Below, in pieces: positions 1 through 9,872 of a DNA stretch of 32,000 nt; the stretch's first letter is position 1; the number at the start of each line of letters is the position of its first letter. This stretch comes from Wolbachia endosymbiont of Cimex lectularius (GTDB lineage: Bacteria > Pseudomonadota > Alphaproteobacteria > Rickettsiales > Anaplasmataceae), in contig NZ_AP013028.1 in the NCBI RefSeq assembly GCF_000829315.1, positions 180,001 to 212,000 of the forward strand. The letters run 5' to 3'. The notes below the pieces were generated by a model, which did no database searches, was not told where the DNA came from, and saw only the letters and a list, made by a program, of their open reading frames with translations. The position numbers were made by a program, and so were the translations under genes.

Positions 1-144
1 GTTTTTGCTTATGATAATAAAACTTCAACACTTAACATTAGACATGATGCGCCAAGTGATCCGCAATGCAGTTTAAGTATAGCATTCACAAAGGTTAATG
101 ATAATAAACCAGGGTTTTGGCAAAAACTTAAAAATATGTTTTAG
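1..144 (+). CDS. 3' end of an upstream CDS (partial, product unknown)
   Basis: Frame 1 is open from the window edge to TAG at 142-144 (..KPGFWQKLKNMF*). There is no start codon inside the window. Confidence 0.3.
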   Translation, partial: VFAYDNKTSTLNIRHDAPSDPQCSLSIAFTKVNDNKPGFWQKLKNMF

Positions 145-207
145 CTAAAGTAGCATTCTTCTCAATGAAAAGATTTTGTATATGTTTGCTTTATTTGTCT
201 TGAACTA

Positions 208-236
208 TTGATAAGTCTGTTACAATAAAGTATAAC
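208..236 (+). promoter_or_regulatory. candidate sigma70 promoter for the 263..1021 gene
   Basis: TTGATA (208-213), 17-nt spacer, TATAAC (231-236), about 27 nt upstream of the ATG at 263. Hexamer pattern only. Confidence 0.3.
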
Positions 237-262
237 TCTATTAGCTAAATATTACTTGAGAC

Positions 263-1021
263 ATGGAGATTTTTTGGACAACTTTGGAAAAGACATTGGG
301 TAAAGTTTTTCCTGCTAAAATAGTGAGCTCTTTTTTAGGAATAGGGTACTTACCAGGTTGGCAGAACTATTGGTCTTCTTTTTTTATATTATTTGTTACC
401 GATATCATATTGGTTCTCGTATACGGAGGAGATTTTATACTATACAAAATGCCAAATTCGGGCGTAGTTGTGGCTGCTATTTTTGTGAAGTTGGCAATAG
501 TTATGTTAGTACTACAATTAGTTGGAATATCCATTTTTCATACTCAAGACCCTTCAGCAAACAGTGGTGAAAATATAGTAATACAAATAGCGTCAGGACA
601 AGTGCTGACTGTTGCGTTTTCAATGCCAGCAATAATGTCAATTTATCATGCTGTAAGTAAACTCTATGGAAGCATATGTAAGCAGATACTTCAATGTCCA
701 TTTTGGTTTAATGATTTCATGCACTTGTTCTTTTTCTTTATTATACCTTATGCATTTTTTAATATTGTGGAAGTGATAAAACCTTGGCCAATAACTTCGA
801 TACAGCTCAGTTATAACAATGCAATATCAATTACACTTGAGGGGATTTTCCATACGTTTTATGCAGTAATTTTGCTGTATTTGACTGCATTTATATTCTG
901 CGATTTAACTATGCATAACGCAATTGTCCTAAACAAGAGCATAATTCAGTATGTGAAAGAAAATTCAGTAGCCTTGAGTGACTACTTGCATAACACCATA
1001 AAAAAAATAAATATTGAATAG
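263..1021 (+). CDS. multi-pass inner-membrane protein, function unknown (only a loose PgpA-like N-terminal motif)
   Basis: 252-aa ORF with several long hydrophobic segments. The N-terminal FLGIGYLPGW only loosely resembles the PgpA-family G-x-G-x-x-P..PG motif. It lies directly upstream of glyQ. Confidence 0.6.
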   Translation: MEIFWTTLEKTLGKVFPAKIVSSFLGIGYLPGWQNYWSSFFILFVTDIILVLVYGGDFILYKMPNSGVVVAAIFVKLAIVMLVLQLVGISIFHTQDPSANSGENIVIQIASGQVLTVAFSMPAIMSIYHAVSKLYGSICKQILQCPFWFNDFMHLFFFFIIPYAFFNIVEVIKPWPITSIQLSYNNAISITLEGIFHTFYAVILLYLTAFIFCDLTMHNAIVLNKSIIQYVKENSVALSDYLHNTIKKINIE

Positions 1022-1065
1022 TACCTATTTGCTTATATATTCAGCATAAAAAGTGTGCAGTTTAC

Positions 1066-1905
1066 GTGAACCTACAAAGTATAATAAAGGGATTGCAAGA
1101 TTTTTGGGCTGGTGAAGGATGCACCATACTCCATCCATACACATCCGAAGTTGGGGCTGGAACGTTGCATCCTGCAACAATCATGTCAGCAATTGATGCA
1201 AAACCAACAAAGATTGCGTATCTACAACCAGTAATTAGGCCAGCAGATGGACGCTATGGTGATAACCCTAATCGCTTATATCAACACCATCAATACCAAG
1301 TTATAATCAAACCTTCCGGTAATAATTTGCAGGATGTTTACCTAAGTAGCTTAAAGGCTATTGGCATATCTACAGAGAAGTATGATATTAAATTTATTGA
1401 AGATGATTGGGAAAATCCAAGTGTTGGTGCATCAGGGCTTGGATGGGAAGTTACATGCAACGGGATGGAAGTAACACAACTTACTTATATACAGCAAGTA
1501 GGAGGTATTGACTGCAAAATAATTCCTGGCGAGGTGGCGTATGGGCTAGAACGTTTGGCAATGTGCATACAAGGTGTAGATAATGTTTATGATATAATTT
1601 GGAACAACAACGGCGTGACTTATGGAGACATCTTTAAGCAAAGAGAGTATGAATTTTCTCACCTGGCGCTTGATTATTATGATACTAAAGTGGTACAGCA
1701 GCAGTTTGAGGACACAGAAAAACTATGTAAATTTCTTATTGGAAAAGAATTACCAGTAGCAGCTTATGACCAATGCGTTAAAACTAGCCACCTACTTAAT
1801 CTGCTTGATGCAAGAGGTGTGCTTGGTGTGAATGAGCGCACAGTGTATATTGGTAGAGTTAGAGAGCTGACAAAAAAATGTTGTGAATTATATATGGGTA
1901 AGTAA
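1066..1905 (+). CDS. glyQ: glycine--tRNA ligase alpha subunit
   Basis: GTG start. Translation carries typical GlyQ blocks (GAGTLHPAT, RPADGRYGDNPNRLYQHHQYQVIIKP, GWEV..NGMEVTQLTYIQQVGG). Confidence 0.96.
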   Translation: MNLQSIIKGLQDFWAGEGCTILHPYTSEVGAGTLHPATIMSAIDAKPTKIAYLQPVIRPADGRYGDNPNRLYQHHQYQVIIKPSGNNLQDVYLSSLKAIGISTEKYDIKFIEDDWENPSVGASGLGWEVTCNGMEVTQLTYIQQVGGIDCKIIPGEVAYGLERLAMCIQGVDNVYDIIWNNNGVTYGDIFKQREYEFSHLALDYYDTKVVQQQFEDTEKLCKFLIGKELPVAAYDQCVKTSHLLNLLDARGVLGVNERTVYIGRVRELTKKCCELYMGK

Positions 1906-1908
1906 CAT

Positions 1909-4026
1909 ATGTCGTCACAATTATTATTTGAATGCCTTTCAGAAGAAATACCACCGAGAATGCAAAATTCAGCTACAGCTCAAGTTAAGAGTTATGTTGC
2001 TAATGCTTTCAATAAAAATAATGTGAAATTTGCGTCTATAGAGGTTTTTATAACGGCACGCCGCATTACTCTTTTTGTTGATAGTATAAGCATTTCAGGA
2101 CTAAAGGGTTCTAGTGACGAAGTTAAAGGACCAAATGTTAACGCACCAAAAAGCGCCGTTGAAGGTTTTTTAAGGAAAAATGGAAAAAGTGAGACAGATT
2201 TATTCGTTCGCAAGGTAGGTAATGGAGACTTTTACTTCATCAAAAAGGATGCTTGCTCATTTAATGTCCAAGAGTTTCTCAAAAATCTACTAGAGGAGAT
2301 GTTGAAAAATTTCTCTTGGCCAAAAAGCATGAGGTGGAGTGAAGGAAAAGAAAGATGGGTTAGGCCAATTAAAAACATTCTATGCATTTTAAATGATGAG
2401 ATAATACCTGTATCTTTTGCAGGAGTCACAGCATGTAACGTAACGTATGGACATAGGTTTCTCTCAAATGGTACGGCGCTCACTATTAAAACACCTAAAG
2501 ACTACTTTGCATTGCTAGAAAAAAACAATGTCATTCTCCAGCCAGATAAAAGAAAACAATTTATACTTGATCAGATCGATAAATTCACAAAAGGGCTGAG
2601 TTTACAACTCGAAGAAAATAATTATTTACTGAATGAATTAACGGGGCTTATAGAATGGCCGATTGTGCTGTTTGGCAAAGTAGATCAAGAAAAGTCATCT
2701 GGACTACCGAAGGAAGTAGTTCTTAGCATAATTAATACACAGCAAAAATACCTTGCTTTAAGTAATGGGCAAAGAATTTCGCACTTTGTCACTGTTGTCA
2801 ACGTTAACAATGATGAAGTTGTCAAGGGGCATGAAAGAATATTAGAAGCACGTCTCGCTGATGCCCAGTTTTTGATATCTCAGGATAAAAAGGAAAATCT
2901 GGATTATTATGTCAAAAAATTAGACTCGATATTGTTTCATGCTTCTCTTGGTAGCGTTGGAGAAAAAGTAAAGCGCATTATAGCTCTATCGAAATATATA
3001 GCCATATATGTTCCACGCGCTTCACTAATTAAAGTTGAACGTGCTGCATATTTAGCAAAGGCAGATCTTGCAACGTCGATAGTAAAAGAGTTTCCAGAGT
3101 TGCAAGGAACAATGGGTGGGTATTATGCTTCTTACTTTCGAGAGGATGAAGAAATAGTGGAAACTATAACTGAGCATTATAAGCCGATCGGATCAGAGCA
3201 AGAATGTCCTAAATCTCCTGATGCAATTGCTGTGGCCATTGCTGATAAAGTAGATAGTTTGGTTGGTTTGATTGCAGCAGGTGAAAAGATTTCAGGTTCA
3301 TATGATCAGTTTGGTTTGCGGAGAATGGCAATTGGTGTAATTAGAACAATACTTGAAAATAACTTACATGTTCCAATCAGGCTATTGATAGATAAGTCAG
3401 CGTCTTTATATTCAAAACTTACATTTACTGAGGATGTAACATCATTTGATCAATCTAATAAACCGAGTAAGGAAAAAATTTCAGAACTAGTGCTTAAATT
3501 CTTCCTGGAAAGATTTAAGGTTATTTTAAGGAACAGGGGTATAAGGCAAGATGTTGTAAGTTCAATATTATATAAAACTGATATTAATGATCTGCTAACA
3601 GCAGAAAAGCAAACTGTTGTATTAGATCATTATCTCAGTACGCCTGAAGGTGAACAGGTTCTGAGCACTTATAAAAGGGTCAGTAACATAGTCAATAAAG
3701 CAGAAAAAAATGACAATACTACTTACGGTGCATCTTATAATAAGAAGTTTTTGATTGATAGTAAAGAAATAGCACTATCAAATTGTGCTGTGGCTGTTTG
3801 TAAAAGCATTAAACAAGCAATAAAAAATGGTTACTTCAATACAGCACTTGATGAACTTACTGGTTTTGCTCCATTTATCAACCAATTTATGGACAGTGTA
3901 AAGATCAACTGCGATTCTGATAAGCTGAGAAAAAATAGGTTGTCTTTGCTTGCGAGTGTTGTTTCCATCTTTCATTTAGTAGCAGATTTTAGCCTCATAC
4001 AAGTCAAACAATGGGCCATGTCATAA
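1909..4026 (+). CDS. glyS: glycine--tRNA ligase beta subunit
   Basis: 705-aa ORF 4 nt after glyQ. N-terminal LLFECLSEEIPPRMQ and the central EFPELQGTMGGYYA block are typical of GlyS. Confidence 0.95.
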   Translation: MSSQLLFECLSEEIPPRMQNSATAQVKSYVANAFNKNNVKFASIEVFITARRITLFVDSISISGLKGSSDEVKGPNVNAPKSAVEGFLRKNGKSETDLFVRKVGNGDFYFIKKDACSFNVQEFLKNLLEEMLKNFSWPKSMRWSEGKERWVRPIKNILCILNDEIIPVSFAGVTACNVTYGHRFLSNGTALTIKTPKDYFALLEKNNVILQPDKRKQFILDQIDKFTKGLSLQLEENNYLLNELTGLIEWPIVLFGKVDQEKSSGLPKEVVLSIINTQQKYLALSNGQRISHFVTVVNVNNDEVVKGHERILEARLADAQFLISQDKKENLDYYVKKLDSILFHASLGSVGEKVKRIIALSKYIAIYVPRASLIKVERAAYLAKADLATSIVKEFPELQGTMGGYYASYFREDEEIVETITEHYKPIGSEQECPKSPDAIAVAIADKVDSLVGLIAAGEKISGSYDQFGLRRMAIGVIRTILENNLHVPIRLLIDKSASLYSKLTFTEDVTSFDQSNKPSKEKISELVLKFFLERFKVILRNRGIRQDVVSSILYKTDINDLLTAEKQTVVLDHYLSTPEGEQVLSTYKRVSNIVNKAEKNDNTTYGASYNKKFLIDSKEIALSNCAVAVCKSIKQAIKNGYFNTALDELTGFAPFINQFMDSVKINCDSDKLRKNRLSLLASVVSIFHLVADFSLIQVKQWAMS

Positions 4027-5831
4027 ATGTTCAGGCGATAAAAAAACAAATCGAGTTATCTCCACAGTCTTGTGGTGTGTATAAGATGATAGGAGAGAAA
4101 GATAAGGTTTTATACGTTGGAAAAGCAAAAAACTTAAAATCGAGGTTATCTAGCTACCTTCGATATGAAACCCTTTCTGAACGAATCAAAGTTATGCTCT
4201 CACAAATTGTTGAGGTTAAGACCTTTCTAACTGAAAATGAAGTGGATGCACTGCTTCTTGAAGCGCAGTTAATAAAATCACTGAAGCCACCTTATAATAT
4301 TGTGCTCAAGGATGGGAAATCTTATCCTTACATAACAATTTCCAAACACGATTACCCAAGAATAGCACGATACAGAGGCAAATTTAAAAAGGATGAGTTT
4401 CACTACTATGGTCCCTTTCCATCTGCTGATGCTGTTAAGCAGACTATATTGTCATTGCAAAAAGCTTTCCTTTTGAGAGTATGTTCAGATCGATATTTCT
4501 CCTCAACAAAAAGACCATGTCTTGAGTATCAAGTTAAGCGCTGCTCAGCACCGTGCGTAAATAAAATCACGAAAGGCGACTACTGTCAATCAGTAAAACA
4601 AGCACGAGATACATTGCTTGGAAGAAATAAGGAAGTAAAAGAACAATTACTTTCCACAATGAGAAAGTGCAGCAGTGAGGAAAATTATGAGCTTGCTGCT
4701 GTATATAGAGATCGGATAAAATTTCTTGAGCAAATTCAAATGCAGCGAACGGATTTTTCTTTTGAAAAAGATGCAGACTTTTTCAGCATTGTACGTGAAG
4801 AGGATCTGGCATGCATTGGTGTGTTATCGTTCAGAAATAAAGACAATTATAGAAGTACTCCTTACTTTGTCGAGAACTGCAATGATCATCCAGATGATGA
4901 AATTTTATCCACCTTTCTGATCAATTTGTATAATTTAGCTAACATACCTCCAGCACAAATTTATGTTCCTGGTTTTGTTACAGGTAATGAAATCGTTGAG
5001 CAGGCAATACGTAACGTTACTCAAAAACCAATAAAAGTTTTGCATGCAAAAAATAAAAAAGAACATAGTTTGTTGAAATTCGTTTATGATAATTCTCGAC
5101 ATAGCTTGGAGCAGAAGCTTACTGATTATAAAAACAGTCTGGAAAAACTCGAGGAGCTGAGTAAAGTTTTCTTGTTACCTAATGTTCCAAAACGTATCGA
5201 AGTTTATGATAATAGCCATATATCTGGAAATCAACAAGTTGGCGTGATGATTGTTGCAGGGCAGGAAGGCTTTTTAAAAAGTGAATACAGAAAATTTACT
5301 ATAAAAGAAGAAATTTCAGGTGATGACTATAAAATGATGAGAGAAGTGCTAACCAGACGTTTCTCTGGCAAGATAAAGGACATAATTCCTGATTTTCTAT
5401 TGATTGATGGCGGGCCTGGGCATGTTTCCATAGTAAAAAATGTATTAGAAATATTGAATATAAATGTTCCTTTTGCTTGCATGGCAAAGGGCCCCTATCG
5501 CAACGCAGGAAATGAGAGATTTTACATGCTGGGCAGAGAAGAGTTTACTCTAGCAAATGACAGCAAAGTCATGCTTTATTTACAATCGCTGCGTAATGAG
5601 GCTCATCGTTTTGCAGTCGCTTCACATAGAAAAAAGCGCGATAAACAGCTTTTCGTTTCACCGTTAAGTAAAATAACTGGCATTGGTAACAAAAGAAAAA
5701 ATGCATTGATGTCTCATTTTGGTTCAGTGGAAAACATAAGCAAAGCTTCCCTGGCCGAAATTCAAAACGTAGCTAGAATTAGTAAAGAATTAGCAAAAGC
5801 TGTTCTTAAACACTTGAATAACAAAGAATAG
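4011..5831 (+). CDS. uvrC: excinuclease ABC subunit C
   Basis: GIY-YIG N-terminus (GVYKM..VLYVGKAKNLKSRLSSY), UvrBC-interaction region, and C-terminal endonuclease plus (HhH)2 region. Overlaps the glyS end by 16 nt. Confidence 0.95.
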   Translation: MGHVINVQAIKKQIELSPQSCGVYKMIGEKDKVLYVGKAKNLKSRLSSYLRYETLSERIKVMLSQIVEVKTFLTENEVDALLLEAQLIKSLKPPYNIVLKDGKSYPYITISKHDYPRIARYRGKFKKDEFHYYGPFPSADAVKQTILSLQKAFLLRVCSDRYFSSTKRPCLEYQVKRCSAPCVNKITKGDYCQSVKQARDTLLGRNKEVKEQLLSTMRKCSSEENYELAAVYRDRIKFLEQIQMQRTDFSFEKDADFFSIVREEDLACIGVLSFRNKDNYRSTPYFVENCNDHPDDEILSTFLINLYNLANIPPAQIYVPGFVTGNEIVEQAIRNVTQKPIKVLHAKNKKEHSLLKFVYDNSRHSLEQKLTDYKNSLEKLEELSKVFLLPNVPKRIEVYDNSHISGNQQVGVMIVAGQEGFLKSEYRKFTIKEEISGDDYKMMREVLTRRFSGKIKDIIPDFLLIDGGPGHVSIVKNVLEILNINVPFACMAKGPYRNAGNERFYMLGREEFTLANDSKVMLYLQSLRNEAHRFAVASHRKKRDKQLFVSPLSKITGIGNKRKNALMSHFGSVENISKASLAEIQNVARISKELAKAVLKHLNNKE

Positions 5832-5959
5832 ACGCAGAGGTGTGGTTAAGATATAAGCAAAAAGACTTAAACTTTAGCCTCAAACCACACTACACCGCCA
5901 TCTCATTCTAACAATTTTGCTATTCAACTGCTCCGCTGACTTGCCTTTTGTGTTATTAA

Positions 5960-6603
5960 TCATTTTCTTGACTTTTCTTGGAGCCGTTCACATTTTTCAC
6001 GAGCTATAGAGATAGCTTTTCTCAACTTCTCCTCAAGGATTTTCTTAGGGGGTAGCTGTGTTAAATATTGCGCAACGTGAATATTAGACCCCTCAAGCTC
6101 CAGGTATTCTATATCTTCTTGATCCTTATCGGCACATAAAATAATCCCTAGAGGTTTTTCTTCATCTGGTTTTCGTTCATTTTTATCTAACCAATTTAAG
6201 TACCATTCCATCTGTCCTTTATAGGCTGGTTCAAACCGACCTATTTTTAGTTCTATTGCAATAAGACGCCTTAATCCTCTATGAAAAAATAGCAGGTCTA
6301 AATACCTATCAGTTGCTTTAGTGCTCATCCTTTTTTGACGTGTCACAAAACAAAAATCGTTGCCAAACTCTTGTAAAAATTTTATCAATTCATCCAAAAT
6401 CGTATTTTCTAGATCAGTCTCACTATAACTTGATGGCAATTCCACAAAGTTAAGAAAGTATGGATCGTGAAAAATAAATTCAGGTGCTAGCGTATTTTCT
6501 TCACGTAACTGTTTGATGCTTTGTTTTATGAAGTCCTCAGGTTTTTTTGCTAATGCCGTACGTTCATATAACATAGTATCGATTTTACTACGTAGTGTTC
6601 TAA
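5960..6603 (-). pseudogene. 5'-truncated DUF1016/YhcG-type PD-(D/E)XK nuclease gene
   Basis: The 204-aa ORF matches the C-terminal nuclease half of YhcG-like proteins (LYERTAL.KKP.., D-x(n)-IELK core: DLLFFHRGLRRLIAIELKIG). The frame stays open upstream of the listed Met (..RTLRSKIDT-MLYER) right up to the IS end at 6604. About 140 N-terminal residues are therefore missing. Confidence 0.75.
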
Positions 6604-6659
6604 GAACCTGTTTAAAATCTTGGAAATGTGAGGTAAAGTAAGCATAGATTAATAATGAG

Positions 6660-6980
6660 GTGTCTATGCAGAAAAGTTATCCAAGTAATATAAGTCAAGA
6701 GCAGTTTGAAAAAATCAGGCCAATTTTGGAGAGTAGCAAGCAGAAAACAAAACCAAGAAAACTTGATTTGTATGACGTATTTTGTGGGGTGTTGTACGTC
6801 TTAAAAAGTGGTTGTCAGTGGAGGATGTTACCAAAGGGTTTTCCAAGATGGGAAAGCGTATATTACTATTTTCGAGTGTGGAGTAAAAAGAATGGAGAAG
6901 AGCCAAGCTTGTTGGAATTAGTCTTAAAAAAAATTAGTTGGAGAGGTCCGTATCAGCAATGGTCGGAAAGAGAAAACTAG
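6660..6980 (+). CDS. IS5-family transposase, N-terminal part (orfA)
   Basis: 106-aa ORF with the IS4/IS5 N-terminal DNA-binding block (..VLKSGCQWRMLP..FP.W.SVYYYF..W). An A8 tract at 6926-6933 lies near its end. Confidence 0.85.
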   Translation: MSMQKSYPSNISQEQFEKIRPILESSKQKTKPRKLDLYDVFCGVLYVLKSGCQWRMLPKGFPRWESVYYYFRVWSKKNGEEPSLLELVLKKISWRGPYQQWSEREN

Positions 6981-6991
6981 CTTTTGTATAA

Positions 6992-7456
6992 TTGATTCTC
7001 AAAGCGTTAAAAACGCAGATACTGCTGAAAAAAAAAGGCTATGATGCAGGTAAAAAGATTTCAGGGATAAAGCGCCATATTGCAGTTGATACACAAGGTT
7101 TGCCACATGCAATTTATGTAACAACGGCAGAAGCAACTGACCGTAGCAGTGCTGTGAAAATGGTCGAAAATGCTAAAGCAAACCTCTCTGAAGTTAAAAA
7201 CATACTGGTTGATGCTGGCTACACAGGAGAAAATTTTGCAACACAAATAAAAGCTATCATTGGTGCGACTGTTGAAGTAATAAAGCGAAGTGAGTTACAC
7301 ACTTTCGTCGTATTGCCAAAAAGATGGGTTGTTGAACGCTCTTTTGCCTGGTTAGAAAAGTGCAGGCGATTGTGGAAAAATTGCGAGCGGAAGCTCAACA
7401 CTAGCTTACAGATGATAGTCCTCTCCTTCATTTCTCTCCTGTTACGAAGATTTTAA
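6992..7456 (+). CDS. IS5-family transposase, C-terminal DDE part (orfB, detached frame in this copy)
   Basis: GYDAGKKISGIKRHIAVDTQG..VDAGYTG..VERSFAWL.. DDE_Tnp_1-type blocks. In this copy an A9 tract (7028-7036) puts the DDE part in the -1 frame, with no overlap with orfA. Confidence 0.8.
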   Translation: MILKALKTQILLKKKGYDAGKKISGIKRHIAVDTQGLPHAIYVTTAEATDRSSAVKMVENAKANLSEVKNILVDAGYTGENFATQIKAIIGATVEVIKRSELHTFVVLPKRWVVERSFAWLEKCRRLWKNCERKLNTSLQMIVLSFISLLLRRF

Positions 7457-7883
7457 ACAGGTTCTTAAAAGATTTCACTGAATATTCAGTCATCGGCAAG
7501 CCCTCTATTTGCATAATTGCTGGCAAAAGCTCACCTTCTAAATATCGACTAAACTCATTGCGAGCACTGACTGTATCTTTATCTCTGAAAAGATCCATAA
7601 TTGGATTAATATTATTGCCATAGAATAGTCTTTCGAATGAAGAATTAGGCAAAGCACCAGACTTTTCAGCAGCACTTAGCTTTTCATACGCTAAATCTAT
7701 CGCTCTTTGATATCTCGGTAAATTTGAGATATAAGTTTTCTCTTCAGGTAACAGCTCATTAGCTTTAAGTTGCCGCTCTGTATACTGCTTTTGCAATTCT
7801 TCAAGGATTTTCCTCTGCGAAAGTCTTTGCTCATATTTACCCTCAAGCGCCCCTGTACCCAAGCCACCAAGTAACCCTAGCAT
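7428..7883 (-). CDS. hypothetical protein, 3'-truncated and fused to IS copy 1 sequence
   Basis: 151-aa ORF with a Gly-rich N-terminus (LGLLGGLGTGALEG) followed by helical, charged sequence. The last 12 codons (NLFKIFVTGEK*) are read from the IS terminal repeat, so the native 3' end is missing. Confidence 0.55.
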   Translation of the reverse strand: MLGLLGGLGTGALEGKYEQRLSQRKILEELQKQYTERQLKANELLPEEKTYISNLPRYQRAIDLAYEKLSAAEKSGALPNSSFERLFYGNNINPIMDLFRDKDTVSARNEFSRYLEGELLPAIMQIEGLPMTEYSVKSFKNLFKIFVTGEK

Positions 7884-8173
7884 CTTCCACTACCCTCAAA
7901 ATCTTCTCTATATTCACCAACAATATCATCAATAGCTTCTTGGCTTCTCGATAAACTGACATCACCTCTTAACTTTTCAAAGCCACATACTAGATGCTTT
8001 AACTCACCACCATCAACTAAACCACAGAGTCCCAAACATAACTTGAGTATTAAAGCTTTTTCTAAATGTTTTATCTTCTGTTCTTTATCAGAAGAGTTAA
8101 CTACATTCAGCAGCTCTTCATCGATTGCCTTACTTATAAGACTCTTTGTGCTTTTTTTATCTTCTGTCTCCAT
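7877..8173 (-). CDS. hypothetical protein (98 aa)
   Basis: ORF preceded by a strong AGGAG-type RBS (aaagaggagaaaaaaaagATG). Its stop overlaps the start of the downstream ORF (ATGCTAG). No recognisable motif. Confidence 0.55.
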   Translation of the reverse strand: METEDKKSTKSLISKAIDEELLNVVNSSDKEQKIKHLEKALILKLCLGLCGLVDGGELKHLVCGFEKLRGDVSLSRSQEAIDDIVGEYREDFEGSGRC

Positions 8174-8301
8174 CTTTTTTTTCTCCTCTTTTTTTCAAAT
8201 GTTCTCCCCACATAAGATTCACACGAGTAGTTAATAAATCAAGAAACATTATTAACTCGCGGGCAAGCGTTGGAATACCTCTTGGTACTATTAAATCTGG
8301 A

Positions 8302-9351
8302 TTAGGTTCTTTCTTTTCCATAGACTTTCTTCAATAAAAAATTAAATTCGTAACTGTTGTACCTTTTAAACTCGAATTTAAAACTTACCATCCCACCATC
8401 AACGCCAAAAAGGTTGTAGTTGAGTTTTATAACTTTCTCTCTGCTGTCTTCAAGTTCCGTGCCAAAAATTGTTAATTGATAATCTGGTTCAAGAGGAAAC
8501 CTTCTCTTATAGGAAATAAACATATCGATAAACATACCTCCCTCTTCAGAGTTTAGCTGTTCACTGATTGTATTTTCGTAGAAGTACAAAAGCGTTAATT
8601 GCTCGGTAATATAAGGCTTATATGACGGAAAATAATCGGTTATTATTACACCATCGAAGGCATAGACACTTTTATTATTGTTTGATCTGCTAGTCTCACA
8701 AACCATGATATCAGAGCTACCATCATCAACAAGTAAATTATAAACTTTATGCTTAACGTTGATGTGATAATTAGCAGAAAAACTATTTTGATTTCTAAGT
8801 AGTGTCCAAATTCCTGAACCAAAATGCAGACAGAAAGAAACGTTTGGATAATATTTGTTATTTAAATCGCTATTAGGCAGATTAAAAAACAAAAGATAAT
8901 AAGTATTATTATTATAGTTGAACATGCTACTGACCAAGTGGTCACTCAAGTCAATGCTGCTCTTTTCCGGTCGGAAATAATCAAAAAGTGGAGCATTATC
9001 GAGCACTTCCATTTCCTGAACATTAAAACGAATGACCACGAATTTTCCATCGTCTAAATAAAATGCACCGATTAAGTTGCTGCCATCATTTTCTAAAGTA
9101 CGCTTACTCACTAGCCGATAAGGAAGACTCAGTTCTCGCCTCTTGGTAAGTGGAAACAAACCGTCACTGCTTGGTTGTCCATACCATACTTCCATTCCAT
9201 GCCGTGTAAAGATACAGAGGTTATTATTGACTGTACCAAGACCAACACCTTTGCCAACATACGAATCAATGGTAAACGCTTCCCAGTCTTTAAACTCAGC
9301 AAAATCGCTAGCATAAAATACCTCTCCCTTGCTACTACTTAGCAAATACAT
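8302..9351 (-). CDS. hypothetical Asn/Tyr/Phe-rich, probably beta-rich protein (349 aa)
   Basis: Long uninterrupted ORF in an AT-rich background with no recognisable catalytic motif. The segment EVWYGQPSSDGLFPL faintly recalls phage virion beta-propeller proteins; this is memory only and unverified. Confidence 0.6.
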   Translation of the reverse strand: MYLLSSSKGEVFYASDFAEFKDWEAFTIDSYVGKGVGLGTVNNNLCIFTRHGMEVWYGQPSSDGLFPLTKRRELSLPYRLVSKRTLENDGSNLIGAFYLDDGKFVVIRFNVQEMEVLDNAPLFDYFRPEKSSIDLSDHLVSSMFNYNNNTYYLLFFNLPNSDLNNKYYPNVSFCLHFGSGIWTLLRNQNSFSANYHINVKHKVYNLLVDDGSSDIMVCETSRSNNNKSVYAFDGVIITDYFPSYKPYITEQLTLLYFYENTISEQLNSEEGGMFIDMFISYKRRFPLEPDYQLTIFGTELEDSREKVIKLNYNLFGVDGGMVSFKFEFKRYNSYEFNFLLKKVYGKERT

Positions 9352-9396
9352 AGTAGAATTTAGGATTTCAAAATCAACGATATCCTTAGAACCTGT

Positions 9397-9861
9397 TTAA
9401 AATCTTCGTAACAGGAGAGAAATGAAGGAGAGGACTATCATCTGTAAGCTAGTGTTGAGCTTCCGCTCGCAATTTTTCCACAATCGCCTGCACTTTTCTA
9501 ACCAGGCAAAAGAGCGTTCAACAACCCATCTTTTTGGCAATACGACGAAAGTGTGTAACTCACTTCGCTTTATTACTTCAACAGTCGCACCAATGATAGC
9601 TTTTATTTGTGTTGCAAAATTTTCTCCTGTGTAGCCAGCATCAACCAGTATGTTTTTAACTTCAGAGAGGTTTGCTTTAGCATTTTCGACCATTTTCACA
9701 GCACTGCTACGGTCAGTTGCTTCTGCCGTTGTTACATAAATTGCATGTGGCAAACCTTGTGTATCAACTGCAATATGGCGCTTTATCCCTGAAATCTTTT
9801 TACCTGCATCATAGCCTTTTTTTTTCAGCAGTATCTGCGTTTTTAACGCTTTGAGAATCAA
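9397..9861 (-). CDS. IS5-family transposase, C-terminal DDE part (orfB, detached frame)
   Basis: Translation identical to 6992..7456. The second homopolymer tract is 9 nt (T9 on the plus strand, 9817-9825). Confidence 0.8.
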   Translation of the reverse strand: MILKALKTQILLKKKGYDAGKKISGIKRHIAVDTQGLPHAIYVTTAEATDRSSAVKMVENAKANLSEVKNILVDAGYTGENFATQIKAIIGATVEVIKRSELHTFVVLPKRWVVERSFAWLEKCRRLWKNCERKLNTSLQMIVLSFISLLLRRF

Positions 9862-9872
9862 TTATACAAAAG

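Larger units (their letters stand above)
6604..7464 (+). mobile_element. IS5-family insertion sequence, copy 1 (861 bp; mismatched flanks TAA/TTA)
   Basis: Perfect 19-bp terminal inverted repeats (GAACCTGTTTAAAATCTT..). Two-ORF IS5-type transposase. The same element recurs at 9389, 12321 and 25261. Flanking triplets are TAA (6601-6603) and TTA (7465-7467). Confidence 0.92.

Noticed and set aside
1992-5487. Short alternative-frame and antisense ORFs inside glyS and uvrC (1992..2213, 2232..2483, 3778..3975, 4726..4920, 5299..5487). Similar ones occur inside hemB, nuoM/N, birA, mlaF/E, hemC, murB and ispG.
   Set aside because: All are nested in strongly supported housekeeping frames and lack any motif. 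These are expected chance ORFs.
5848-5892. Inverted repeat GTGTGGTT..AACCACAC between convergent uvrC and the nuclease remnant, as a bidirectional terminator.
   Set aside because: An 8-bp stem with a roughly 25-nt loop and no flanking T-run is too weak to call.
6715-7431. Antisense ORFs of 61-70 aa inside every IS copy (e.g. 6715..6906, 7061..7246, 7219..7431 and their repeats at 9422, 9607, 9947, 12432, 12777, 12935, 25270, 25425, 25765).
   Set aside because: They lie opposite the recognisable transposase frames, have no motifs, and recur only because the IS is repeated. They are treated as shadow ORFs.
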